DNA from: Octopus bimaculoides | Lineage: Eukaryota | Direction: 5' to 3' | Assembly: GCF_001194135.2 (NCBI RefSeq) | Contig: NC_069004.1 | Span: 5,789,912-5,839,503 of the forward strand | DNA: 49,592 nt | Part shown: piece after piece, positions 49,061 through 49,592 of the stretch | How the letters are laid out: each line of letters begins with the position of its first letter | How positions within the stretch are numbered: the first letter of the stretch is position 1 | Position numbers and translations under genes: made by a program | Notes under the pieces: generated by a model | What the model saw: only the letters and a program-made list of their open reading frames with translations | The model's database searches: none | What the model was told of the DNA's origin: nothing

Positions 49061-49398
49061 TAAAAGTGTATATCTAAAATATTAGTTCGTTGAAGACGAG
49101 CAAAATTGAAATGGATGGAACAGTAAGAAAACAATTCAAAACTTCCAAGGGAAACAAGACTTACACACACACATGGTACGTTATAAAAGCTGCCTGACAA
49201 CGTGGTTCCGCAGCAAGAAACAAATAGTAGCTCATTTATAGTGTACATTAATTGATATTTACTTCTCACAGGATAGAGTACATTTATTGTTGATCCTACC
49301 ATACCAGAATTATTTATATATACAGTCAAGTGGCTGTGGTCATGCTGGAGCACCACCGTGATTTTCTGTCTTTATGCTTTGCTCTCTTCACGTTCCTT

Positions 49399-49592
49399 TA
49401 TCTATATAAATAAATATATATTTATCTATATATAGACATATATATATAAATAAATATATATTTATCTATATATATATACATATGTATATAAATAAATATA
49501 TATTTATCTATATATATATATATATATATATAGATAAATATATATTTATTTATATATATATAAATATATAGATATATGTATAAATAAATATA
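49399..49592. repeat. AT-rich palindromic minisatellite (40-42 bp unit)
   Basis: TATAAATAAATATATATTTATCTATA occurs three times in direct orientation, then inverted across a (TA)n run near 49509-49532. Confidence 0.85.

Overview
AT-rich, microsatellite-laden animal genomic DNA with 16 N gaps. From the SINE and MITE repertoire it is most likely an octopus (cephalopod); this is recognition from memory, not a database result. The only protein-coding gene I can support is the 3' end of an Rbfox/Fox-1 RNA-binding protein gene on the + strand. Four coding exons are visible (227-374, 2197-2254, 3157-3254, 21215-21259), and they encode the Ala/Tyr-rich C-terminal domain ending ATVYRGGYQRFAPY*. Splice phases require at least one more exon, which I cannot see and which probably lies in an N gap. 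The rest is intron and downstream sequence containing several tRNA-derived SINE families, TTAA-flanked piggyBac-type MITEs, fold-back elements, a decayed RTE-like LINE fragment and simple repeats. Almost all ORFs in the supplied track are microsatellite or gap artefacts. The best leads are: (1) two inverted type I hammerhead-ribozyme motifs forming a palindrome about 6.2 kb downstream of the stop; (2) a second reading frame in the last coding exon ending TEVT*, matching my recollection of the vertebrate RBFOX2 frameshifted C-terminus; (3) a splice-donor-like site just after the stop; (4) many long inverted repeats that could form dsRNA (ADAR substrates) in this transcription unit.
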